DNA from: Octopus sinensis
Lineage: Eukaryota
Length of the DNA stretch: 64,000 bases
Direction of reading: 5' to 3'
Assembly (NCBI RefSeq): GCF_006345805.1
Contig: NC_043002.1
Coordinates: 15,562,001-15,626,000, forward strand
Below the pieces are notes generated by a model, which searched no databases, was not told where the DNA came from, and saw only the letters and a program-made list of their open reading frames with translations. Position numbers and translations under genes: made by a program. Positions 27,089 to 41,866 of this stretch are shown here, one piece after another (the first letter of the stretch is position 1; each line of letters starts with the position of its first letter).

Positions 27089-28610
27089 GAGAGATACCAG
27101 TACAAAATAGAAAAAAACATGGGTGTTGGCTGCTTTGGTAATTCGAATAATGACGGAAGAACCATGACAGGTAATAAGAGTATTAACAACAATGATGAAA
27201 CGCACAGATATTATGCAAACAAGAAAAAAGCTAAAATTAACAGCTGTAATGTTAATACGAGAGGTGAAAAGAGAAACTAACCACCATCAATATCATCCAC
27301 AAAATCATGCATTAGCGAGTCTGCTTTATTGCCAGATGTACTAGAAATATCAAATATATTCGACTCTAGAAGATCATACTAACTTAAAAACGAATATACG
27401 ACATATTGGATATTGTGAGAAATTAATGTGGGACGGTCGTTTTTGGAACGGTTTTATCAGATATTGGTTTGGAGTAAACAAAATGCAGATCGGGCAGTGT
27501 GCCGCAATTTATTGATAAACACGATGTTTCTTGCTCGCACGTATTTCATCAGAGATCAGTTGAATGAGATCCAAAGAAGTGCTAAACATCTACAATAACA
27601 AAGGCGGCTCCGATGCCAATAACAACGTATAAAAGTACAGGAACAATAACTGGCCAATATGCTAATCTATCATATTAATGTTTAGTTTCTCTCACTGGAA
27701 ATATAAATGACTACTGCTAAGATTGTTTTTGAGGCAAAAGTCCAGAGGATAAGGGAGATTATATAAGGTCTCTTGATTTACAAGAAGAAAAATTAGACAC
27801 AATGTGATACACATAAACTCCGAGAATTGCAATTCTGAAAGCATACCACAGCGCTTTGGAAATACCTGCACAATGCCTTTATTCTAAGTCTCTTGAGAGG
27901 ATATCAGAGTAATGAGCAACACAAATGTATATCCTTAACGCCATCAAATTTCAAATAGAACTTCAAAGCAACCGGCTTAACAGTTTTACAAAAACGAAAA
28001 AAAATGTAATTTACTACATTTCCAGTTGTGGTAATGAGTGCCCGCACGATAGATCAACCGTGACAGGACCAGATGCAACACGATTAACGAAACAGGCTTA
28101 GTGAACGAACCATGTCTCAGTTACAAATAGCATAGGATATTTCGGGAAACGTATTTCTCAAAAGGTAGGAATTACTGAGTAAAACGACCAATGAATGAGG
28201 GTGGTAAACGACAAGAGAGAAGGATCACACCGTGGCATTGAGAATGACAGAGATTGCATTGATATCCCTTACGATACGTATCTGTTAGAAACACGTTTAA
28301 ACAGAAAGAATTTCAAAGGGATTGAACTTCTAACAGAATGAAATATTAATTCAAAGAGATCACGAAGTAACTGAATATATAGAATATAAAACGAAAGTTC
28401 TTTGCTACAATATCCTCAAGTCTTCACTTAATTATTTATCTATCCGTTAAACGTTCGTGTTTTTGTATATTTTTACGCATGTTTCTTTAGGAGAGATTTC
28501 TTACCGCATTCAGCACATGCGAAATATAAGACCACCGACAAATGCATAGAGACTATATACGTGTTAACTAATTATATACATCTGCATATGAATGATTATC
28601 TGTATATATA

Positions 28611-28695
<85 letters not shown>

Positions 28696-29385
28696 TGTGT
28701 GTGTATGTATGTATATGTATCTATCTATCAATCTCTATGTATGTATTGCATATATCAAAGTAAATTCTAATTAATATGGTTGTTATTTTAATTGATTTCT
28801 TAAGTAGAGGAAGTTAATTAACATTGAATTACTGTATTAAATATCACATCGATAAATTCAACGTTGGCCAGGTGTTTCTTATTAATTTACTGAAAGAAGA
28901 AATTCCTCTGATCTGCGTGTCCTCTCTTTATGTGTAGCAAACATATACGATTTATTTTAATGTATTTCTGTCAACGTTTATTATACGTGTTTCTGGATGT
29001 ATGTATACACACACATGCACATGCATACACACACGCGCGTGCCAACATATATATATATCCATAGGAATTGTAAATAGTTTAAAACAGCGGTGATGTTCCT
29101 GAAATTAACTTAACGGTAAATATTATTCTGTCAATCGAGTAAATGGGGCTCCATATCAATATGGGGTTGGGCCTACTACCTACGGTAGAAAAGAATATGG
29201 GGTGGCCAGTTTGCAGTAAAGCTAAAACTGTACACTTTCTCCTAATGACCTCTGAAATTTACTGGCGCCTATAAGCGGAAATTTCAACCGACTGCATCTG
29301 CACAAGTGAGCACTTTCCACGTTCACTCTCTCTCCCAATTTTGTACACACACACACACACATATATATTATATATATATATATAT

Positions 29386-29442
<57 letters not shown>

Positions 29443-29467
29443 TTTTTTAAATATATATACATGTATG

Positions 29468-29515
<48 letters not shown>

Positions 29516-29639
29516 ATATGATATATATGATATATATGATATGCAATTTTCAAGATGGTGTAATTTGATTGTTCATTTTGAATCGATAAAAGGTGTTTTT
29601 TTCTAATATTTCATGTATAAGCATGTCTTTGTGTTAATT

Positions 29640-29859
29640 GTCCTGTACTCTATTTTTTTGCTGTTTTTCAATAAATGTCCAGTTCCTTTGGTTTGTGTCT
29701 ATGTTTTCGTTTCTCATTGTGTTCGACGTTTTTTGGTGTCCTGTAATCATATATGCGTGTATATGTACATGTAGAGGTAGGTACGTACATATATGTTTAT
29801 ATATATGCATATATTTTATTTTATTTTATTATATTTTATTTTATTTATTAATATATTAC

Positions 29860-29860
<1 letters not shown>
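29640..29860 (+). mobile_element. Older partial copy of the 54115-55040 family (P5)
   Basis: gttttcgtttctcattg...gtgtcctgta...catgtagaggtaggtacgtacatatatg...gcatatattttatt matches the end of 54321-55040 followed by the reverse complement of 54180-54260. Confidence 0.65.
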
Positions 29861-29894
<34 letters not shown>

Positions 29895-30429
29895 GTATAA
29901 ATATCAACACAGTTTTTCCCCTTCCTCCCTTTTTTTCTCTCTTCCCTTCTCCAAACTCACAGACACCCACACACACGCACACACACACACACACGGACAC
30001 ACACAGAGACACACACACACCTCCACAAAACGATCATAAAAAGTGGAAACAATTCTTAAACCTAAAAACCATTTGACCATTAAACACACACACACACACT
30101 CTCTCACAATGATAAAAGGAAATATAATTTATGGCCTACCTCCCTGCCACCACACACTCAGTGACACTGTGAAGTGGTCAAAACTAAAATTCTTTCTTTT
30201 TTTTCCCAAGGTCTTAGAACCCCCTTGGAGTCAATATTCTGTCCAGCAGGCCAAAAACAAATATTATTTTCTTCTTCGTCCCTCTCCCTTCACCTCATTT
30301 TCCTTAGCACTATCCCAAATACAAAAACACACACACGCACATACACATACACACATGTTCTCTCTCGCACTTTCTCCTCATCCATCACCCCCTTGTGCTG
30401 TCTTATATTCCTCCCCACCCCACACACTC

Positions 30430-30605
30430 TATAAAATGGTCAAAACTCCTCACACACGAACTTAGTTTGATTTGAAAACCCAACTAGAGTGGGAGAAAGC
30501 GCTAATGATCTAAGTGATATGATATATATATAAAAAATGTAATATACAAATAAATATCTGTAAATATAAAACATCCGATCTTCTGAGTACCTCATTTCTT
30601 CTAAT
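30430..30605 (+). mobile_element. Family P2 element 3' part
   Basis: Ends tctgtaaatataaaacatccgatcttctgagtacctcatttcttctaat+(TA)n. Homologous to 7428-7545. Confidence 0.6.
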
Positions 30606-30624
30606 ATATATATATATATATATA

Positions 30625-30938
30625 AAAGGCCCTTACAGGTCATTCGACTCACTTAAAAAGAGCAGCCAAAACTCTAACCGCAAAAATAGTAGTAATTCTG
30701 AAAGCTAAAGGAGAATTTTATTTCTCATTTAGCTTTCAGAATTACTACTATTTTTGCGGTTAGGGTTTTGGCTGCTCTTTTCAAGTGAGTCGAATGACCT
30801 GTAAGGGTCTTTCCTTAATATTTTGTTGAATATATTATATAGTCTGTGACTATTTCTATTTTCTCACTTGACCGCTGGTTGCAGAAAATTTTTCTTGAAT
30901 TTTTTCTTGAATTTTTTTGCTACCCTATATTGATAAAT
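30625..30938 (+). mobile_element. 5'-truncated diverged relative of the 490-nt ribozyme repeat, with a 91-bp inverted arm
   Basis: Arms 30625-30715 and 30722-30813 differ at about 4 positions. 30722-30938 aligns by eye with the 3' part of the 490-nt unit (gcggtt...ttggctg...gactattt...ccgctgg...accctatattgat). Flanked by (TA)n on both sides. Confidence 0.75.
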
Positions 30939-30959
30939 ATATATATATATATATATATA

Positions 30960-31003
<44 letters not shown>

Positions 31004-31228
31004 TATATATATATAATATATATTATATATATATATATATAATATATATATAATATATATATAATATATATATATATATATTATATTATAGAGCACGTGA
31101 AATATCTCAAAAACTGTTATTCAGAGATTTACGTTTCTGTTCGTCGGATATTTTTGTTTAGAATGGAACAAAAATATGGTTACATGCATAACTATACAAT
31201 ATACAAATAAAGCATATTAATCAAACTG

Positions 31229-31457
31229 TTTCTTTACTACACAAAAGGGGCTAAACACAGAGAGAACAAACAAGGACAGATAAACGGATTAAGTCGATGA
31301 CATCGACCCAGTGTGTAACTGGTACTTAATTTATCGACCCCGAAAGGATGAAAGGCAAAGTCGACCTCGGCGGAATTTGAACTCAGAACGTAACGGCAGA
31401 CGAAATAAGGCTACGCATTTCGCCCGGCGTGTTAACGGTTCTGCCAACTCGCCGCCT
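31229..31457 (-). mobile_element. Family A SINE (full length) with 15-bp flanking direct repeat
   Basis: Reverse complement of the family A consensus. taaagcatattaatc occurs at 31208-31222 and 31458-31472. Confidence 0.88.
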
Positions 31458-31472
31458 TAAAGCATATTAATC

Positions 31473-31642
31473 TACGTTCTGAGTTCAAATTCCGCCGAGG
31501 TCGTCTTTGCCTTCCATCCTTTCGGGGTCGATAAATTAAGTACCAGTTACGCACTGGGGTCGATGTAATCGACTTAATACCTATGTCTGTCCTTGTTTGT
31601 CCCCTCTGTGTTTAGCCCCTTGTGGGTAATAAAGAAATAAGT
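31473..31642 (+). mobile_element. Family A SINE, 5'-truncated
   Basis: Starts tacgttctgagttcaaattccgccgagg and ends gggtaataaagaaataag. Confidence 0.88.
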
Positions 31643-31682
31643 ATTCGGGTATTCATAGGCGTCCAATAGAATGTATATGAAT

Positions 31683-31744
<62 letters not shown>

Positions 31745-31818
31745 TTTATATATTTTTTAATGTTTTTGTCAATATATTCTAAAAACACACAGCTGGCCAC
31801 ATCCTGAACAGAAACCTA

Positions 31819-32030
31819 GGCGGCGAGCTAACAGAAACGTTCGTACGCCGGGCGAAATTCTAAGCGGTATTTAAACAGTCTTAAGTTTCTGAGCTCTATT
31901 TCCGCCGACGTCGACTTTGCCTTTTATCCTTCGGCATCGATAAATTTAGCGCCAGTTGCGTACTAGAGTCGATCTAATCGACTGACCCCCACCCCTAAAA
32001 TTTCGGGCCTTGTGCCTAGAGTAGAAAAAC
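31819..32030 (+). mobile_element. Family A SINE (tail variant 2)
   Basis: Family A head and core, followed by the tail cccctaaaatttcgggccttgtgcctagagtagaaaa. Confidence 0.8.
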
Positions 32031-32432
32031 AGAAACCATGTATAAAATTCAAAAGACTTCTCTGCAATAGAATTCCTGAAACCTGAAATCTTGAACTCCA
32101 CCTCAAACCTACGTAGACAACACGTATATATATTTCTTTTGCACAGGCTGCTAAGCCAAGGCACTTATAAGGAATGACTCTTAAGAACAATTTCCCTATG
32201 AACTAAAACATGGGTACAAGCGGTTGATATATTTGTTTCCTTTGGTTAACCCTGGAGGAGAGAAATACATCGAAACCGATTATAATTTAAATCACTCTCT
32301 GTAACACAAATATTAAACAAACTGCAAAATATAAGTTTGTGCCTTTTCCAACATTATCTATCTTTTTAAGTACACACACAAATATATACATGTGTATATT
32401 TATACACACACACGCTGGCACGCACACACATA

Positions 32433-33911
<1,479 letters not shown>

Positions 33912-34211
33912 AACTGGAGACAGAGACATGTGCGTGTGTGCGTATGAATATTTGTTGAGGTATATAAGTGCTCATGTGCGTATATTTGTCTTTCTGTCTG
34001 TCTGATTTTATGGGCTAAGTTTCTTTCGATATTGTGTATTACATTAATCATTAAATGAAATTCAATTTGAGAGATTATGCGTTTGTATGCAGATGGGCAA
34101 CTTATAGGCAATTATGCTGATAAATTAGATATATCAAATATATTAAATATATTCAAAAGAAGAGAAAGCAAAGGTTGGAGATTGACAGATGATGTCTTTT
34201 TATGTATAGGA

Positions 34212-34593
34212 GGAAGCACTCCGTCGGTTACGACGATGAGGGTTCCGGTTGATCCGAATCAACGGAACAGCCTGCTCGTGAAATTAACGTGTAAGTGGCT
34301 GAGCACTCCACAGACACGTGTACCCTTAACGTAGTTCTCGGGGATATCCAGCGTGACACAGAGAGTGACAAGGCCGGCCCCTTGAAACAGAGGCACAACA
34401 GAAACAGGAAGTAAGAGTGAGAGAAAGTTGTGGTGAAAGAGTACAGCAGGGATCACCACCATCCCCTGCCGGAGCGTCGTGGAGCTTTAGATGTTTTCGC
34501 TCAACAAACACTCACAACGCCCGGTCTGGGAATCGAAACCGCGATCCTATGACCGCGAGTCCGCTGCCCTAACCACTGGGCCATTGCGCCTCC
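34212..34593 (-). mobile_element. tRNA-derived SINE, family E (full length)
   Basis: The minus strand starts ggaggcgcaatggcccagtggttagggcagcgg...ggtttcgattccc and ends cgtaaccgacggagtgcttcc. Near-identical to 42760-43140 and 53600-53981. Confidence 0.9.
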
Positions 34594-34900
34594 TTTTATG
34601 TACAAATATATATATATTTATATTAATAGGTCCAACTTAATATATGTGCGCCTGAAATATGTGTGCGTGTGTGTGTGTGTGTGCGCGCGCGTGTGTTTGT
34701 GTGAGGCGGCAACAAATTCCTTTATTCACAAAATGCTACATTTCAGAGGAGATTTAAAGTTATGGTGCAGCACTGCAAACGGTGGTACTCCAGCATGACC
34801 AGAGCTTTAAAGCAGAAGCACATTCGAGATATATATTTGTGTGTGTGTGTGTGTGTACTTGTGTCTGTGTTTCTACCTGTGTAATTATTTACATGTATGC

Positions 34901-34951
<51 letters not shown>

Positions 34952-34989
34952 TAGATAGATAGATATGTATACAGATATAGGTATATATA

Positions 34990-35182
34990 TGATAGATCGT
35001 TAGCTAATAAACGCATTGTTCTCTCTCCTTGTTTCCCTTCTTGTTTCTTTCTGCGTTCCTTTCTGTAGAAGAGCGTAGCCTCGAAACGTAAAATGATTGT
35101 TCTATTCCTGAGTGCTATACTAATACATTTGTTTGTTTGTACACCACCTGCCTATGTCTTTTGTTTATTTTCGTAAACTTTC

Positions 35183-35185
<3 letters not shown>
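34990..35185 (+). mobile_element. Family P3 repeat with minimal hammerhead-like motif
   Basis: cctttCTGTAGAAGAGCGTAGCCTCGAAACGTA at 35058-35090. Homologous to 7852-8030 (-). Confidence 0.65.
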
Positions 35186-35232
<47 letters not shown>

Positions 35233-36866
35233 TGAGAGAGTTGGTTCGTGAAAGCACGTGGTTGGATGTATAAAAAAAAGGGTAACAAAACTACAGAAGG
35301 CTTGTGTTATAAATTTAAAGAATATATGTAAGACGTTAAGTTAGAATAGAGATGAACTATGCTTAAACACATTCCTTCCGCCACAATTCAGTTTTATTTT
35401 AGAAGAGATTTTCCATTATATCGCTTTCCCTATTAATTCAGTATTGTTAAATGTGTCGGAGCATTTGACAGCATTTTTTAGCACTTCAAGTGATGGCAGG
35501 CATACTGATTTCTTTGTTGGTACAGTCTCCGTATAAATAAGGAAAATGTAGCGTAACCGTTTTAACACATTTCAAATATACCACTACTTATTGGTATTTC
35601 ATTCTATGTTCCTTTGTTGGAGATCCATTTCCTTAGTAACTGAGCCGAAAATTTTGAATTATCACTCCAGGATGACTGATTTTTCTCTTGTAATATTATT
35701 CAGGTTAATAACAATTGTTTAATCGTACAAGAAAACGTTGTTTGTAACCATGATGGAGGTCTTTTGTCTTGATAGATTACAAAATATTTTATATTCGGAA
35801 GATTTGGTCGACATTATTATAAACTGTGTCATATCTTTATGAAGTGAAACACTGTACCGTTATTGAAGTTTATTCCAAATAACTGAAACCTAGTGTTCAG
35901 TAAGAAACGAATTATGAACACAGTGTAACAAGAAACCGGGAAGTTTTAAATTATGAATTAACTAGAACGAAAAGAAGTAAGCTTTTGAATTAACGCTGTA
36001 ACTAATATTGTTAGAGTAGTGTTCAATGCAAAGTGAGTAAGGAAGAGGGGGAGAGAGGAAGAGAGAGGAGTGTAGGGAGGGAGAGATGATCAGCATAAGA
36101 ATTATAGAAACTAAAAGCAAATTAATAACATAGTTCAAAGTGATGAGAAACCCTAGAAGAATAAACACGGCGTAAAATATATCAAATATCTTATGTTCTA
36201 AGAATAGACTTCAAAGATGAAAGGAAAGAAGAAAGAAATAAAATATGGAAGATCAGATTCAGCGTTTAATATCTTATTTACAGTCATTTGAGTTTATGGA
36301 CATTTAACCCCATCTTTCATGTTTATAGTCTCAAAACAGTGAACCTGAAGACGATCGAAGGGGAAACTTATGAAAATGTAGCATAAATAATAATATAGAA
36401 GTTGAACTTATTCCTCTGGCGATGGATGTCAAACAACTCAAATATCGACTGAGCAACTGCTTGTTATGGTTGTGGTCATAAAACTTTTCAGCTGCGGGTA
36501 ATACTTTCCATAGGAGTAATAATCTCTTTATATATAAACGACAATATGTCTGTGTGTGTGTGTATCTGTGTATGTGCGTGTCCTTTATACAAATCCACAA
36601 TTCTTCAGTTAGAGGGCCCGCACTTTCTATCGTCATTTAAAACCGTCCAAGGGTGGTCGTGCACATCTTTACATTTCCCCAGTCACCCCGCAAAGCCATT
36701 AAGAAATCAATAGAAGTTACTCCTTTGGGAATTTTCTATCCAAAACCCAATCAAAATGCCCGAAACTTGATACGCCAATTGAATGCCAGCTAACTGTATG
36801 TGACTGGTCGGAGATTTGGATACTAGTCGCGTGTATGTGCGCATGCACGCAGTTGTATATGCATGC

Positions 36867-36907
36867 ACTAGCACTATGACCCGGCGTTACCGGGTCATAG
36901 TGCTAGT
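36867..36907. repeat. Perfect 18-bp-arm hairpin, resembling a Helitron 3'-end palindrome
   Basis: actagcactatgacccgg-cgtta-ccgggtcatagtgctagt. Confidence 0.8.
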
Positions 36908-38091
36908 ATATAATAATATATCTGCTGCCTTTCCGATGTGTATATGTGCGGGTAAATTTCCAGTAAGTTGGTCTTCGTTTTGAGGTTAATAGTTGTCAGT
37001 TTGATGATGGTACAAAAATGTATCTACTGATTGCCAGACATATACAGATGGGTAAATTGAAAGAACGTTAGTCTTCACTTTCAGTTAAAATAAACCAACT
37101 TAAATAATACAATTGTATAATGGTGTTTACCAAGAGGGAATTTAGAAAGAAAATGACGCGGAAAAAATTAAATATTTTGACAGTAGAGATAGCTATTCTA
37201 AAATCGTCGTCATAATTGATAGAGAGCAACACACAATGGACACTTTGTATTTCCAATATTTAAACATGATGTGACTTATTTAAAAAGCTATTTACTCTTT
37301 ATACCCAATGCTGTGAAGGAGAGCGAAATATAATTGAGATAGCAAATCCTAAATAAAAAGACATTAATTATATTTATTTATCTAGATACACATAGACTCA
37401 GCAAAACACAACCCATCCGTATTTTTCAGCATATGAATGTGCATGTGCGTTGTTGTGTGTGTGGGCGTGTGTGGACGCGCTTTCGTTATATATTTACGTA
37501 TACATATTTTTTTTGTTTTTGTTTTCATTCGCAGGAAATTTTTTATTGCTGTAGCGTAATAAAAGGAAAAGCAAAGGAGAGCATAATCAATAAATAATGC
37601 TCTAATACGTTAATTACTAGATTCAATATCGGATAATACATTGAGTTAAACACTGCAGAAATACTGTATAATTTCTAGGACTTGGGCTAATTAGAAAAGT
37701 GACCTAGCGAAAACCCGCTTAACCTTTGCGTTGCAATAAAAATGACAGATAGCGTACGTTCTACAAGAGGTTTTCTGAATAACTATCGTCACCAGAAATA
37801 CAAGTAAACAATGAGCAATCTCATAGATATAAATCACCAGTGATGTTATTGTCTCATCAGTGCGAGATAAACTTATATAAATACAATAATGCCCCATCGA
37901 ATTGCACAAATTTTTTTACGGTACATTAAAAACAAATTAATTTATGTATTCATAGTTCAGTTTATAAAAGATAGTAATATATTTTAGGCAAATGCCATCA
38001 ACAAAATTGGGATTCTGAAGAATGGTTTGCGCTGTGCATTTCAAATATTTTTCATCTATTGTTACATTTCTATTCTTTCTTTTTCTTTTTT

Positions 38092-38852
38092 GGTTTCAGC
38101 CATTTGACTGCGGCCATGCTGGATCACCTCCTTTTAATCGACCAAATCGACCCCAGGACTTATTCTCTGTAAGTCTAGTACTTACTCTCTCAGTCACTTT
38201 TTGCCGAACCGCTATGTTACGGGACGTAAACACACCACCATCGTATGTCAAGAGATGTTAGAGGAGACAAACACACACATATATATATATTCAGGCGTAG
38301 GAGTGGCTGTGTGGTAAGTAGCTTGCTTACCAACCACATGGTTCCGGGTTCAGTCCCACTTCGTGGCATCTTGGGCAAGTGTCTTCTACTATAGCCTCGG
38401 GCTGACCAAAGCCTTGTGAGTGGATTTGGTAGACGAAAACTGAAAGAAGCCTCTCGTGTTTTGTGTGTCTGTGTTTGTCCCACTAGTATTGCTTGACAAC
38501 TGATGCTGGTGTGTTTATATCCTCCGTAACTTAGCGGTTCGGCAAAAGAGAGACTGATAGAATAAGTACTATTCTTACAAAGAATAAGTCCTGGGGTCGA
38601 TTTGCTCGACTAAAGGCGGTGCTCCAGCATGGCCGCAGTCAAATGACTGAAACAAGTAAAAGAGTAAAGAGTAAAGAGTATTCATATACATGTATACGCC
38701 GGGCTTCTTTCAGGTTTCGTCTACCAAATCCACTCACAAGGCTTTGGTCGCCTGAAGCTGTAGAAGACAATTGCCCAAGGTGCCGCGCAGTGGGCCTGAA
38801 CCCGGAACCATATGGTTGGTAAGCAAGCTACTTACCACACAGCCACTCTTGC
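38092..38852 (-). mobile_element. Family D SINE split by a nested opposite-strand copy
   Basis: 3' half at 38092-38280 and 5' half at 38697-38852, both on the minus strand. Confidence 0.8.
38294..38680 (+). mobile_element. Family D SINE (full length, nested)
   Basis: Runs from ggcgtaggagtggctgtgtgg to gactgaaacaagtaaaagagtaaagagta. Confidence 0.9.
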
Positions 38853-39074
38853 TAGTAAATTTTCGAAACCCTTTCGCTGTGTACATATAAGTAATAAAAG
38901 AACGGAGTAAGTATTAGATTCAGGGTACGACATTAATAGAAGTGGATATTTAGCACATCAACACCTACTATCTATAAATCCATACTTAATTTATATCGCT
39001 TGATATAAGGTAACTACCTGTTAGACTGTGACTTCGACCAAAGCCAGGTACGTTTGTAATTCATAGATATACAT

Positions 39075-39226
39075 CGAAAGTTAGCGTTTCGACAGAAGAG
39101 ATCGATAGAATTAAGACCAGCCGTAAACGAACATAAATGCTAGGGTCGATTTGTTTGACTAAACTTCTTCAACGATTTGCCCCAGTATGGTCTCAGTCTT
39201 GTTACAGAAACAAGTAAAAGATAAAA
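39075..39226 (+). mobile_element. Old 3' fragment related to the family D tail
   Basis: agaagagatcgatagaat...gggtcgatttgtttgactaaa...ccagtatgg...gaaacaagtaaaagataaaa. Confidence 0.55.
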
Positions 39227-40562
39227 GTTGACTTGCTACTATTATTCGACTCTATAGACGAAAAAGCAACAATTATTATAGTTTTCAAGGCCTGCGCCAT
39301 TGCTGAGTAGAAGTTATTCTGAATCTAGTATTTTGTTCTCAATGTCTGCATCTATAAGTTTCGCTAAAAATAGAGAAAAGTCATGTAGTAGTGTTAGGCG
39401 AAGCATATACAAAGATAAGTAGAGATTGTCGCGTATATAAGCTTAAACAAAATCAATGTTTGCACATATTTCTACATATTCATATATATATTTCTGATAG
39501 TTTATATATTCTGTTATAAACATAAATGTAAGCTGCTAGTTAGATTCTACGGGGATTTTAGAAAAAAGTTTTAAATATTCTCCGTAAGCGATAAATTATT
39601 GCATTATATAAGGAGACATTAATCACACACTTTGCTAGTATTACACATAATACGTATTTTTAAGTCGACAAGATATAATAATAAATTGAAAACATAAAAT
39701 ATTGGCCATTAATAATATAGGAATCTAGTGACGGAATCTAAATTATTATCTTCTCAATTTTTTTGACTAAATCTTATCGAAGCAGTCGTCTCCTGTCCTC
39801 GTTAATATTATAGAAGTATTCATCGATGAAAATCCGAAGAAAGACGTATATGTGTATAAAAGTTTTATTGATTTCTTTAAAAGGCCTAAGATGTATATAT
39901 TTAGGGAAATAGTAAAGGAGACGTGTAACTTTTTCTTCGATATACTTCGAACAGAAATCAATTTTTCATGATACAGAAATGGATTAAATCATTCATTCGA
40001 TATTGGGGCGTTAATAGCTTAAATAAGCTGTAGCGATTTCCGAATATGTCATAGTTCATTCTACTTACATATTGTTATTATAAAGATAAATTTTAGGCAA
40101 TTCGTAAATAGTTGCAACAAATACATAGCAAAGATTTCACTTGTTAATTACGCGTCAATAGAATGAATGCATAAGAATATTGGGCAAATTGTGTATAACT
40201 GATGAGTTCTTAAAAATTGGTCTGTGAGAATATTTCTGTTACAGCGCCTCTGTCCCAGTTTGATGATCAACAGAAGGAGATCATTTCATAGCGTATTCAT
40301 ACGAATATCAAAATAGAAAGTCAAAGAGGATTATGTAAATTTATATCGGAAATACAAAAGAAGCGTTATATATGAACTAGCGAAATTCGGGTCCCATTCC
40401 AATGTAGACGAAAGAGAGATTTTTCCTGAGAATTACTTTACAGAATACTAATAATTAAGTTTATATTTCACAGTAATATATGTAACATATATAAGAAGGT
40501 GTTCTTTTTTTCAATCACAACTGCACAAGAACTGACGTATACTAAAACGTCAACGCACACAT

Positions 40563-40985
40563 AGGTGCTCTGATGAATAAGTATCCGGACTGTTGACATA
40601 GTAACGAGGCTACAGTTTGTGATGTGAAGAATTTTTTCACAAATTGATGGTGAACAGCGCTGTTTATCACTGTGCTTGGAAGGTACATGTATAGCATTGA
40701 ACATGACAGAGTAAGTTGAGCAGAGAATTTGCATGAAATTTCGGCGAAAGCTTGGCAATAGCTGCAAAGTTTTCAAAAAGTTTTCATCGTTTTCTACACA
40801 AACTAAAATATTGTGTGCAACAGAAAGCCGATTACTTTTTGCTCAGCTGAAAGCCGTTTTGGCACAAACATGGCAGACACGCGTCTCATATTCAAATCTT
40901 AAGTAATAATAAATTGAACAGAATCGTAGCTAATCAGCACATCTTCTGATCAATAAGTATCCGGACTGTTGCCATAGTAACTGTG
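40563..40985. mobile_element. Mariner derivative with internal inversion (same family as 13636-14425)
   Basis: TIR-like ctgat.aataagtatccggactgttg at 40567 and 40947. The + strand gives MTE*VEQRICMKF...KLG; the inverted segment gives EDLNMRRVSAMFVPK. Confidence 0.75.
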
Positions 40986-41405
40986 ACCATGCTGGGATAC
41001 CACCAGTTGATTTTACAACAAAGAGCTTTTACATCACTAAACATTTTCTTGAAAACTTGACATCCGATGCATCAGACAGTCAGACAACTCTGCCTTCTCT
41101 ACTTGCTATGAAGTTAAATTCATCTGTGAACCTTGAGACTAAGAGATCTAATCTTGCTTTTTGATGACACATCAACCTGATTTGAGTATACACTCCCTTT
41201 TGTACTATATTATATACGCATGTGCATAGATGTGTGGAAATATCTTAAGATGTGTGTGTGTATGCATATGTGTGTGCAGTTATGTAAGTATATAAAATAT
41301 AGGTGTATAAGTTTTATGGATGTACACCCTCTTATGTGTGTATGTGTGAACTCATATGCATGTGTACATATATTTATGTATATGAATATATATATGTGTG
41401 TATAT

Positions 41406-41454
<49 letters not shown>

Positions 41455-41457
<3 letters not shown>

Positions 41458-41866
41458 TCTTTTACTCTTTTACTCTTTTACTTGTTTCAGTCATTTGACT
41501 GCGGCCATGCTGGAGCACCGCCTTTAGTCGAGCAAATCGACCCCGGGACTTATTCTTTGTAAGCCCAGTACTTATTCTATCGGTCTCTTTTTTGCCGAAC
41601 CGCTAATTAACGGGGACGTAAACACACCAGCATCGGTTGTCAAGCAATGCTAGGGGGACAAACACAGACACACAAACGCACACATACATATACATATATA
41701 TACATATATACGACAGACTTCTTTCAGTTTCCGTCTACCAAATCCACTCACAAGGCCTTGGTCGGCCCGAGGCTATAGTAGAAGACACTTGCCCAAGATG
41801 CCACGCAGTGGGGCTGAACCCGGAACCATGCGGTTGGTAAACAAGCTACTTACCACACAGCCACTT
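41455..41866 (-). mobile_element. Family D SINE
   Basis: Reverse complement of the family D consensus with (tactctttt)n tail. Confidence 0.9.
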
